Positions 23,300-33,298 of a stretch of 64,000 bases of DNA are shown piece after piece. Below the pieces are notes generated by a model. That model saw nothing but the letters and a program-made list of their open reading frames with translations. It was not told the origin of the DNA and made no database searches. Source of the stretch: Octopus sinensis (taxonomy: Eukaryota); assembly GCF_006345805.1 (NCBI RefSeq), contig NC_043003.1:90086001-90150000 (forward strand). The letters are read 5' to 3'. Position numbers and translations under genes: made by a program. Each line of letters opens with the position of its first letter. Positions within the stretch are counted from its first letter, which is position 1.

Positions 23300-24601
23300 T
23301 TATATCAGTGGTTCAGTTTTCTCTTTTTCTTCTTTGTTTATCTCTTTTTCTGGGCCTCGTGGGGGAGTCTGATGTAGGCCCTCGAATATATATGGAGATG
23401 TTAAATCCATTCTGAGCGGGCCTACGTCATGAAAGAATTCGGACTTTATCCGCCCGTAATCCTTCCGGCCTATTCTGTAAACTATATAGTCATTCTTTTT
23501 TCCTATTCTTTCCACTTTGGCCATAGCTGCCAACACGTTCCCGAGTCTGTTGTTTGATGCCTTAACGGCCATATATGAGTTCATCGACTCTCTTTTCTTC
23601 TTTTGGATCACTCTTGGAGGGGTGGTTTCCGTTTTTCTTTTTTTTCTGGTGATTTTTGACCACCCCTCCTCATTGCTCTTTTTTTCCTCTGCCGCTGGTT
23701 CTGCTGCCTCTGTCACTTCCACACCTTCAGTTGTCTCTTCTGGGCCGCCCGGCGCTGCTTCTGGTGACACTTCATCTTCTTTTTCACCTGGCTGAGGTGC
23801 TTCCTGCGGTTTGGGTTGGGGTTGGCATTCCGCCCTTACATGACCCTTCTTGCCGCAGCCGAAGCACCTCGGCTTTCTGCCCTCTACGAAAACTGTTATT
23901 CTATCGTCTTCACTTATTTTTAGGGTTTCTGGAATCTCCTCCAGTGTTTGAATTTCTGCCTGAATGGCTATTACTATCCGCTGCCCTTTCCAAAATTCCT
24001 CCTCCTCTACTGTGGCCTGGAGGATGTTTATTTTTTCCTCTGGCGGAATGTTATTCATCGTGATTTTCGATGTTCTTTTTCCTCTATACAAGGGGAGGAG
24101 AACAATGTTCTCCGCTTTTATTGGCTCCATCGACAGTTTTTTTGCTATCTCCTCTGTTGTGAAACGCACCTCTACTGTGCCGTATCTCTTTTCTCTGTTG
24201 ATGTATGTGATCTTGTCCATTAATGGTTTTAAACAATTCTCGATTTTTTTTTCCTCAATTTTTTGTATCATTTTGGTTGTCGTATTAAAGGTCTTATAGA
24301 TTATTCTTCTTTTTTCGATTTCTTCATGTTTTTGGGCGTTTGAGACCACTGTCACTTCCGTGCCCTCTTTTGTAACACAGTCCGCATATTTTTCCAAGTC
24401 TTCGACGTTTATTTTTTTGATTTTCTTGCCAGCTACTTCTGAGAATTTTTTCGCTGGTGCTGGTGCTGGTGCAGGGGTTTCCTTTTTCTTTGGCGCCACC
24501 ACCTCTTTTTTCTTTGGCGACACCACCTCTTTTTTCTTTGGCAACACTGCCGGAGATTCTTCTTCACTAGTCACGGGAGAATATGAGATGGGGGATTCCA
24601 T
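23300..24601 (-). CDS. Unit B ORF1 (gag-like, one CCHC knuckle), 433 aa, open
   Basis: First ATG (MESPISY) at 24601; knuckle CFGCGKKGHVRAEC; TAA 9 nt before the ORF2 ATG. Confidence 0.85.
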   Translation of the reverse strand: MESPISYSPVTSEEESPAVLPKKKEVVSPKKKEVVAPKKKETPAPAPAPAKKFSEVAGKKIKKINVEDLEKYADCVTKEGTEVTVVSNAQKHEEIEKRRIIYKTFNTTTKMIQKIEEKKIENCLKPLMDKITYINREKRYGTVEVRFTTEEIAKKLSMEPIKAENIVLLPLYRGKRTSKITMNNIPPEEKINILQATVEEEEFWKGQRIVIAIQAEIQTLEEIPETLKISEDDRITVFVEGRKPRCFGCGKKGHVRAECQPQPKPQEAPQPGEKEDEVSPEAAPGGPEETTEGVEVTEAAEPAAEEKKSNEEGWSKITRKKRKTETTPPRVIQKKKRESMNSYMAVKASNNRLGNVLAAMAKVERIGKKNDYIVYRIGRKDYGRIKSEFFHDVGPLRMDLTSPYIFEGLHQTPPRGPEKEINKEEKEKTEPLI

Positions 24602-24828
24602 CTCGAACAACTGGCTTAACAAGCCCTTGGTAAATCCAAGATAAATGATATTTTTTCCCCCACGAAGGGGGGAACACCACCACGGAGTCCTCGCACGAAG
24701 GCTGACTTCAACAGTTGTACAACAATAAACAAAGACAGGTAGACACACAGTAGAATATAACGGAGAGAATAAATACGACGGCAAAATATAATAACTTACT
24801 ATACACGCAAATAGCTTTCCTCCAGGTG

Positions 24829-26595
24829 ATTTTATTACTACCCACAAGGGGCGAACATAGATGGGACAGTACAATCGGGGAACTTAAAATAAGAAAGCAA
24901 ATGACAAGAAAAGGAAAAAATAAAATAAAAAAATGACATATGAAAGAATATTTACAATGAGATGTAAATGCCCACTCGATCCCCGGAATCGAGAGGTTAC
25001 ATTTTCGTCACATATATTTCACAATATTTTCTTTTTTCTCTTCTTTCTTCTCTCTCTTCTCACAATTCTATACGTATTCCATAATAGTTTTCAATTCTCT
25101 AAAGTCAATCACTGAGCCCTCAGGCAGCCGCTCTCTCACTCGAACACTCGTGTAAAACGTTACACTCTCTCCGGCAGCTCTGAGGAACTCAGCGACTCTT
25201 TCTTCGGGGATTAGAGCAGTCTCCTGCCACTGATCAGTCATCCTGTTGACCCATATATGTCCCTCCGTATTACATGTCAATTCTTTCATTTCAGGGCAGA
25301 AATGGAAGGTTACTAACTTGTAGAAGCAGTAATCTTGTTTCCGTCCTACGTTTTCCCTCGTTTTTCTTTTCGGGCTTATTTCTTCCTTGTTCTCCTCTCT
25401 TTGTTTCTCTCTTTTTGCCTTCTTTTCTTTCTTCTTCCTTCTCTTGTCTTTTTGGTTCTTTGTCTGTTCTCTCTTTCTCTCGTGTTTTATGTTCCTTTTC
25501 TTTTTCTTTTTGTGTGCCGTCTTTTCTTTTCGTTTGATTCTGATCTCTCTCTTGTTTTTTTCCTGTTGTTTCTTTTTCCTTTTTTTTTCCTGACTCTGTT
25601 TTGGTTCTATTTCTTTCTTTTCTTTTATTTCTTTTTCCTTCATTGACTTATTATTTCCTTTCTCTTGTTGTTTTGTTTCCTTTTCTATGTTTTCTTTTTC
25701 ATTTACCGTATTCTTCTTTTCTTCAAGTTCCTGCTCGCACTCCGCTACAAATTCGTATAACGGGCACTCTTTTTTAATGTGCCCCCTTGTCCCGCACAAG
25801 TAGCAGTTTGGCTTTCTTCCCTCTACAATTACACTGAGGGTTTTCTCATCTTCAATTTCTATTCTGTAGGGGAACCTTTCAATGTCCTCTTTTGTGGCCA
25901 TCAAACACAGTTCTACCCCATATCCTCTCCAGTTTACCGCGTTGGACTCCTTAAAGGATTCCACCTCCACTTCCTCTTCTGCTGCTCCTAGAATAGCTGT
26001 TGCCAGCCATTCTGTTTTCACTTCTGGGGGTATATTCGGGATTTTAACCCGGACCCCTCTTCTTCCCTTGTATGAGGGCCACATTATAAATGTTTCCGCT
26101 CTTAGTACAGTGGTAGCCAGTGAGGCTGCAATTTCTTCCGTTGCACATCTCACCTCCACCGTACCAAATTTCTTGCCTCTACTCACGTAGGTCGATTTCC
26201 CCATTATGTCTCCCAGACATTTTTCGATTTCTGCTATCTCCACTCTTGCCAGTTTCTTTGTATTTTTGTCTTGGGTTCTATATGTTACAGTCTTGTTTTC
26301 TTTGTCCTCTTTTGCTTTCGCGGGGGGGATTAGCTTCACGCTATCACCCTCCCTTTTGAATAGCTTTTCATATTCTTTGAGTTTACTCTTCTCAAAGAAA
26401 ACATCCTTCACGATTATCGACGAATCATTATTTTTCTTTCCCGTGACCCCCGCGTAAGTCGCCATGACTAGAGGGTCAATTCACCTTCTTCGGAAGGTTT
26501 CCACACGTGGAGGCAAACGCCTCGCGCGATATTAATCACTTTACACAACAAAATTTCAACGTCTAATCACAGATAACAACACGTATAGCTTGGAG
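24829..26595 (-). mobile_element. Unit A: 1767-nt ORF1-only (half-LINE/HAL1-like) Tx1-type element
   Basis: About 130-nt 5' UTR, one ORF, about 240-nt 3' UTR ending in the same tail as unit B, no EN or RT sequence. Flanked by CACCTGG at 26596-26602 and 24822-24828. Confidence 0.8.
25068..26465 (-). CDS. Unit A ORF1 (gag-like, CCHC knuckle, Lys/Glu-rich tail), 465 aa, open
   Basis: Knuckle CYLCGTRGHIKKEC. YVSRGKKFGTVEVR and VIVEGRKPNC align with B ORF1 YINREKRYGTVEVR and VFVEGRKPRC. Confidence 0.88.
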   Translation of the reverse strand: MATYAGVTGKKNNDSSIIVKDVFFEKSKLKEYEKLFKREGDSVKLIPPAKAKEDKENKTVTYRTQDKNTKKLARVEIAEIEKCLGDIMGKSTYVSRGKKFGTVEVRCATEEIAASLATTVLRAETFIMWPSYKGRRGVRVKIPNIPPEVKTEWLATAILGAAEEEVEVESFKESNAVNWRGYGVELCLMATKEDIERFPYRIEIEDEKTLSVIVEGRKPNCYLCGTRGHIKKECPLYEFVAECEQELEEKKNTVNEKENIEKETKQQEKGNNKSMKEKEIKEKKEIEPKQSQEKKRKKKQQEKNKREIRIKRKEKTAHKKKKKRNIKHERKREQTKNQKDKRRKKKEKKAKREKQREENKEEISPKRKTRENVGRKQDYCFYKLVTFHFCPEMKELTCNTEGHIWVNRMTDQWQETALIPEERVAEFLRAAGESVTFYTSVRVRERLPEGSVIDFRELKTIMEYV

Positions 26596-26760
26596 CCAGG
26601 TGTTCAAATCTTCTTTTTTCTCTACATTGTATACTTTATAGACAATAGTCTTTTCTTCAATTTAATTTTTTATTATCCATCTGGACTATTCCATTTCTGC
26701 ACGCTAATTTTATTTTTAATTTATTCCCATTCATGTGAAACCACTTATTCAAGTTCAAGT
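26596..26760 (-). pseudogene. Unit C, 5' part: upstream half of the split ORF1
   Basis: Translates IEEKTIVYKVYNVEKK, then (with a 1-nt indel in an A run) RRFEHL, which continues into EESTIEN at 19660. Colinear with B IEKRRIIYKTFNTTTKMIQKIEEKKIEN. Confidence 0.75.
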
Positions 26761-26924
26761 CATTGATGCAATTTTATACCAATTGCTATTTTTACTTTTG
26801 TTATGTCAAGATTTACTTATTATATTATACTTTAGTTTGATTTTAATTATTACTTACTACATATACTTCAATTGTTATTATTATCTCTAATTTTTATTGT
26901 TAAAGTGAAAGTATCTGACATAAA

Positions 26925-27150
26925 ATAGAGAAATGTTTTTGTTTCACTTTTAACACATAATACTGAAATAGTGGAGAAGATATGATATTGCTATGGGCTC
27001 GCTCTAGGCAAGAAGTTGAACATTTTTTTTGCCCATGAAACTACATGGACCCTAAGTAAGGCATGTGTAAAATTTGAATGAAATTGGTTGAGTAGTTCTC
27101 AAGTTTTAGGGAAACAGACAGACACACATTCTCAGTTTTATATATAGAGA
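26925..27150 (+). mobile_element. Non-autonomous Helitron/Helentron-like repeat
   Basis: Ends in CAGACAGACACACATTCTCAGTTTTATATATATAGAG, similar to the tails at 63180 and 63840. Confidence 0.45.
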
Positions 27151-28079
27151 GATTTATCATTACTGAAAGTGGTATGTTGGTAGAAACATCTTGCAGCATT
27201 TTTGTCTTGAGTACATTCTTTGTTGAAGTGTACAACAAAGATAAACTAATTACCAGTAATATGTTGTATTCAATTGAATTAGCAACATGACTGAAATCCT
27301 TTCAGAACAGAATCACAACTAAGTTATTTTTAAAATATATATGCCTGTAATTTACTAAAACAAAGCATAAATCTGATAGTGTTTCAACCTAGAAATCATA
27401 TATAGATTCAGAGTTATATAACAGGTTTCTTTTTTATTGCGTATAAAGTGTTTTATTTTAGAGATTGCGAAAATGGAATATTGTGGCATTCTATTTCAAG
27501 TTATGAGAGCTGTAACCTTTTTGATACCAACCCACCTGAGACTGCTCCTGGTTCTTTGTCACAAACTTCCTCTTTTAATATGATCTAAATTAAAACATTA
27601 CATCAAATAACATTTTGGGCTAATTTATGTGCCAAACATTACTTTAACCCTTTAGCACTCAGATTACTTTGTCAAATGTAATGCTTATTTATTCAGATTT
27701 TAAAAAATCAATCTTGTATTACCTTGTAGCTTTGAAATTTCAAAGATGCGATTATTTTTAGAATGACATTGCAGGGTAGGTGTGGGAAGCTAGATCTGGC
27801 CAGTTTGGAAGTAAAAATGATAGACTGGATGTGGTCTGTTTAAATATATTTTTTTCAAATTCTATATTATTTTCATAATGCAAACAAAGGTAGTGTTTTA
27901 CAACAAAATGGTACAAATAATAAATGAAGTCAAATAGCTCTGACCAGCACTCAAACTCATATCACATATTTAACTAGCCAGGAATTTATTTCTTACTCTT
28001 TAGTGCTCACTATACACCGTGAACGTATATTTCATGTATTTGGTGATTTGTCTGAAGTTGAAAAAGGAAGGATTTGGAA

Positions 28080-28760
28080 GAGCAATGTGTTTGCATGAAA
28101 TTCCATTTCAAATTGAGAAAACCTTAATGAAAACTTTTCTTATGATGCAACATACTCAAGGGGAGGACTGTCTGAGCTGTACCCAATATCATAAGCATTT
28201 CAACATCAGAACAACCACCAGAGATCAATGGAAAATCAGATTGTGAAAGTGTGTGCCTTGTTCCATGAAAATCATTGCCTGGCTATCCATGAAGTTTCCA
28301 AAGAAGTAGATTGTTGTCTACTTCTTTTGGAAATAATGGGAATGTGCCACATGATTTTAAAACAAAATTTGAAGCTGCATAATGTTGCATCTGCTATCAG
28401 ATGAAAAAAGAAAATGAAATGATTAACTGACAGGAGCTACTCGATTGTTCAAATGCTGATGATTCTGAAAAATGCTCAAAATAATAACCACTGGTGCATA
28501 ACTACTATGTCAAAACATAAAAAAAAAAAGAAAAACACAGGTATAAAGATATGATGTTAACCAAAACACAGTTGTCACAATGCATGAAATCATCATCATC
28601 AGGATCAAAAGAAGCCTATTAGAGTCACTCAATTCTGAAAATGATGACTTTTTATGGGCAGGGCATCATTCATTATGGGTTTGTTCCACATAGACAAAAA
28701 AGAAAATTACTTGACATGAGACAATTGAGAGAAGTACTGAGGCATGGACAAAGAAAAAAT
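28080..28760 (+). mobile_element. Degenerate mariner (DD34D-type) transposase remnant
   Basis: Fragments resemble GEDCLS.TQ, V..L.HEN..L.I.EV, IIT(G) and GIIHY(E)FVP of mariner transposases. Many stops and indels. Confidence 0.65.
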
Positions 28761-29172
28761 TGAAGGTATGCCTCAAGAACAGAACAGTTTACAAGTTGCT
28801 CTTTTTCCGTGGTTTTTGGACCAAGACATGACTCAATCTTTAGCTGCCCAATTCTCCAAATTTGGTCCCAAAGTTGAAATCCTTGTAAGGTTACGAATTT
28901 CAGAGGCTAGGAGAGATTGATGAAAATGTGTTCCAAAATGGGGAAAAAATGTTGAGAGCAGCGTATCAACAAGCGAGAAAAAATACCTTTGAACGAGATA
29001 AGTCTCTTCAAAACATTTGTGCTCTTTGGTTAAGAAACTTGCATTCCAACCATGTAGTCTCCAGTTCAGTAATACCACTACAAGGTATCTTGGGTAAGTG
29101 TTCCCTACTATATCCTTGGGCCAACCAAAGCTTTGTGAATGAATATGGTAGACAGAAATTGAAAGGAGCCAG

Positions 29173-29208
<36 letters not shown>

Positions 29209-29444
29209 AACTGTTAATCCCTACACATTTTTTTTCTCTTGTTCCTTTCTGACAAAAAGCTTATGCATGAAATGTCAAAGACGTTTCCTTTCTTCCCGAG
29301 CATTAAACTAATACACTTGCTTGTTGTTCCTTTACTTTTTTTGTCTTTTGTTTTCTGTAAATTTGAATGACACACACACACACATATATATGTATGGATA
29401 GATAGATAGTTGGAGAGGTATATATATATATATATAAACACACA

Positions 29445-30510
29445 CAGGGTGCATGTTTTTTGAGGACACTTCTTTCAAGAGCTCTAACTTTCTTCTAACT
29501 TATTTCTCTTACCTTTTCAAATAAATAATTTCAGACATTAGGTTGACTCAGCAAATGAAAAGATACACTATAATTATTACCTTAAAAGCATAGCATTGTG
29601 ATACAGAGATAGCTCACTTCCTGAAAGTTGCTTGATCTTTTGCTGTCAAAGTTGGGAGCGGCTGATTAGGATCCAACATCAGCAGCTAAACGCAAAATGC
29701 ATTTGCAGGATCTTAACACCATTCGAACACTATTACATTGCAAACAAAATCAAAGAAATAAAAAAAAAAACATGGAAAGTCAATCAGAGCCATTCTATAG
29801 CTTCATAATGCATCACCAGAAGAGTTGTGCATGAGGACATTAGGTACAAGTCATACGTTAGTTTATGCTGGAGGTGATAAGAAAGGATCATTTGATCCAT
29901 ACAAAATGCTTGCTAAAGAAGCTAAAATACTAAGAGGCTGGATGCTTTGGTTTTTCTCTGATGGGAAAAACTTTGATCAAGACCAAAAGGTTAACTGAAG
30001 GAATAACAGATGGTTATTTAGAGACTTGAATGAGATTCCACTTGTCATGCATGCTAAGTTTCCAGCAGCAGTAATAGTTCTGAGTTGCCAACAGTGAAGA
30101 TGTCATGTCTCCTCACTTTTTTTCATAGGGCTGCTGTCTACTCAGAAGTGTTGGAGAAAGTTGTGAGGTCCTGGATAGACAGAGTATGCAACAGAAGATC
30201 ATGTTTTTCAACAAGACCCTGTGCCATTTCATAAGGCTAGGACAACCCGAGCATGGATGCATGCCAATCTCCATGATCATGTTCTCCCAGACACATGGCC
30301 TCCTAGCTCAACAGACCTCAATCAACTGCATGACTATGTATGGAGTGTAGTTGAGAGAGAGGTCAATGAATACCCCCATAACATCATACAATCTCTCAAG
30401 TCAACCAAAATTGACAAAGATAATATGATTTGGACATTTCAACACTTCCAGTCGTATATTGAAGGAGCTGTTGTTGCTAATGATGGATTCAATGAACAGA
30501 TGTAATAAAA
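29445..30510 (+). mobile_element. Degenerate Tc1/mariner-superfamily transposon (maT/DD37D-like)
   Basis: Starts CAGGGTG. Fragments WFFSD(E)KNFDQDQKVN, VFQQD..P.HKARTT.AW and WPPSS.DLN.L.DYVWSVVEREVN. Confidence 0.8.
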
Positions 30511-31334
30511 GAATTCTCAAGATTATTTGTACTAATCTGTTTTCAAGTACAGCTATGCATCTTTTTCTAAATTCATACAAATGACCACAAAATCTGAATT
30601 GAATGCTAGAATTGCAGATGTTGTCACTGTAGTGTGCTAGATCCAGCATTTGTTCTTCAGAAGTAGAGAGGTTGGTAAAAAAACCAAACTTACTATTTTC
30701 TATTTGGTTTTCATTTCTATCCTCACCAATGGTTATGAATTTTGGGTAAAAGAGTATGATCACGAAAACAAGTGGCTGGAATGGGGGTCCTCCAAAAGGT
30801 CTCTGGAGTAATGTTACTTGATAGGATGTGTAGCTCAGGGAGTCTCTCTAGGTCAAGCTGTGACTCCTCTGCATTGACAGGTCATAACTCCATTACTGCA
30901 GGCATGTGATTAGAATGTTACAGGAAAGAAGAGCAAAGATAGATTCTATAAGCCAAGCTGACTTAGGAATAGATCAGAAACAAGATGGTTGGGTAATATC
31001 CATAGACTCAGTTGGCAATCCAGCTGAGAAATCTGGTGATGGCTTGCTTCTGATAGGACCCTATGGAGGAAGTGCCTGAGGAGTGTACACCTACATCCCT
31101 ACAAGGAATAGCGGGTAGAGAAGATTGATAAAGGGATAGATTTGTATGTATATATGTGCGTATCCTTGTCTTAACAGCATGTGATGGTTGTAAAGGAGCA
31201 TCACTATTATACAAGTGATGTTTATTACCTTACCTAGAAATAGATGAGGATTGACAAAAGAAAGAGCATCTGAATTTAGAAAACCTGTCTCAATGGATTG
31301 TGTCCGACCCATACAAGCATGGGAAAGTGGATGC

Positions 31335-31557
31335 TAACCCTTTAGCATTTAAACCAGCCATATCAGACCCAAATATCCTGTTTTATGTTCACATTGTCCA
31401 CATCTGGTCTCTCATACCTACCCTGCAATGACATTCTAAAAATTAACAATCACATCATCAAAATCTTGAAGCTACAAAATAATGCATGATTAATACAAAA
31501 CAATGAGAATAAATAAGCATCACATTTTACAGGGTAATCTGAATCCTAAAGGGTTAA
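31335..31557. mobile_element. TTAA-type MITE, family 2, uninterrupted copy
   Basis: Terminal inverted repeats TAACCCTTTAG(C)ATT and AATCCTAAAGGGTTA. Confidence 0.75.
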
Positions 31558-33240
31558 ATGATGGTGATGTGCAGTCTCTTTTTGGACAGATCACTTATTC
31601 CAAATTAAGAAAAAAAAAAAGCAAAAAAAAAATGAACATTTGTGGTATTCTGATTTATTTAAAATTTTCTTTTTTATACATATTTTACATCTTGGAGTAC
31701 ATCACATTTTCCATAAATATTGTCATTTTTGAAATTTATAACAAGAATACTTTTTATTAATAATTAATACTTTCAACTGCAAGATTGTATAAACAATTTA
31801 AAGACTTGACACCAAACAACAGAAGCAGTACCCTAGCCTTCCCCCAAAACCAACCAAAATTAATTTGGTTTGTTACTGTGGTGTATGTGTGTGTGTGTGT
31901 GTGTGTGCGCATATATCTACATCTATATATGATCGGGGAAGTGCAGGACTCAGTCAGATTGTGAACAAAACTGTAAAAGTTGAAACAGAAAAATATATTT
32001 AGAGCAATATTGTCGTGTCTATTTTTTCTTCTTTAGACATGATTGCTTGCTATGATTTATTATACACTCACCTGTGTGTTGGTACAATAACAGTGAGTTG
32101 TTTGTTCAGCCAATATGGTCATTTTTTTTATGATTCAGTACATAACCTAACAAATTGGCTGCATTTAATTGTTAAACATATTCACTCTAACATAGAGTAG
32201 AACTTGTTTTATTTTTACTCGAGCCCAAGGAGACATTTCTGTTATTCTACCTGCAATATTACTTATTGCATTATGTGCCAAGGCATCCATTCTCTCAAGT
32301 AGGAACTGTAGATTTAGAATAGATAAGCAAAGTTGAGAACAGTGGTAAATTGGAAGTTGCTTAAAATGGCTTTTAGAGATAAAGTTTTTAATGGAAATTT
32401 TTGTCCAATCAGAATGGAAGAATATAAGAATGGTATCAGAGATTCAAAAGACAAATGGGCAAACATGCATAAAAGTATGAAATTAAACGATGAGTGAAAC
32501 AAAGTTATAAAAAATTTCTTCAGTAAACTTTATAATAATACAAAGATAATCTTTAAAATCCAAAAAAGGAAAGAAGGTTGTCTTATTGTGGAGAGAAACA
32601 TTGATAGATATATTTATAATTCTCTAACAAGCTAATTACTGAAATGTAACAGCTCCATTCAAGCTTATATAATTTTACTGGTCCATAGCAACTGAAAGCC
32701 CAGTTCACCGAGCTGTAAATAGATACTACATCATGGTAGAGTCTCACAGCTGTAAGCAGAGGGAATGTTGTACATAAAAATAGCAATTTTATTTGTTGGC
32801 TTACAGTGCAGTCTTTGACTTTTTCTTGTGGGTGTCATCTACCAACCATAGACAGGAAAATGGAAGAGATGTGGATCTCTTAAATTTATGGAAGCATAGA
32901 CTGGAAAGATCTGTAGATTTGCAGAAATTACTGCATTTAATCCCAAACAATAAAAGGACTTGGAAAAATGCAATTTTTCAAAGTCCTTATATAATATATC
33001 TAAAACTGAAATATCAATAATAATACAAAGTGCAAAGAAATATTACAAATATTATATTTGTTAATTCTATTGGTTATATATGTATATTAAATATATAGTA
33101 ATATACATGTATATATAACTATATATTAGAAGAGCTATAAACAGACATACCCTTTTAAGACAGTATGCATACTTTTATACAAAACAAAACCAGTACACTA
33201 ATGGAATATAATGCGACGGTCTTCAATTTTTATTAGGTGG

Positions 33241-33298
33241 TCTACACTGAAGAGGCTCAAGGATTAAATTTCCAAAAGCTGAAACTCAGGTATGTAGA
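33241..33298 (+). ncRNA. Type I hammerhead ribozyme motif (Penelope pseudo-LTR type)
   Basis: Stem I TCTACA/TGTAGA, core CTGAAGA, stem II GGCT/AGCT, GAAA, short stem III, triplet GUA (predicted cut after 33292). Confidence 0.65.

Larger units (their letters stand above)
19664..24813 (-). mobile_element. Unit B: apparently full-length (5150 nt) L1-clade, Tx1-type non-LTR retrotransposon
   Basis: 5' UTR, CCHC ORF1, APE-RT-zinc finger ORF2 and a 3' UTR ending AATAATAAAACA. Flanked by identical 14-mers ACCTGGAGGAAAGC (19650-19663 and 24814-24827). Confidence 0.92.

Noticed and set aside
24602-24874. 91-codon N-terminal extension of B ORF1 in the ORF track
   Set aside because: It starts at TTG inside the tail of unit A and crosses the TSD; the first ATG is at 24601.
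25274-25646. Hydrophobic Phe/Leu/Ser-rich + strand ORFs that look like membrane proteins
   Set aside because: They are antisense shadows of the A-rich, Lys/Glu-coding tail of unit A ORF1.
33237-33289. 53-nt + strand coding exon (VVYTEEAQGLNFQKLKL)
   Set aside because: The same bases are better explained by a complete hammerhead fold, and no partner exons were found.
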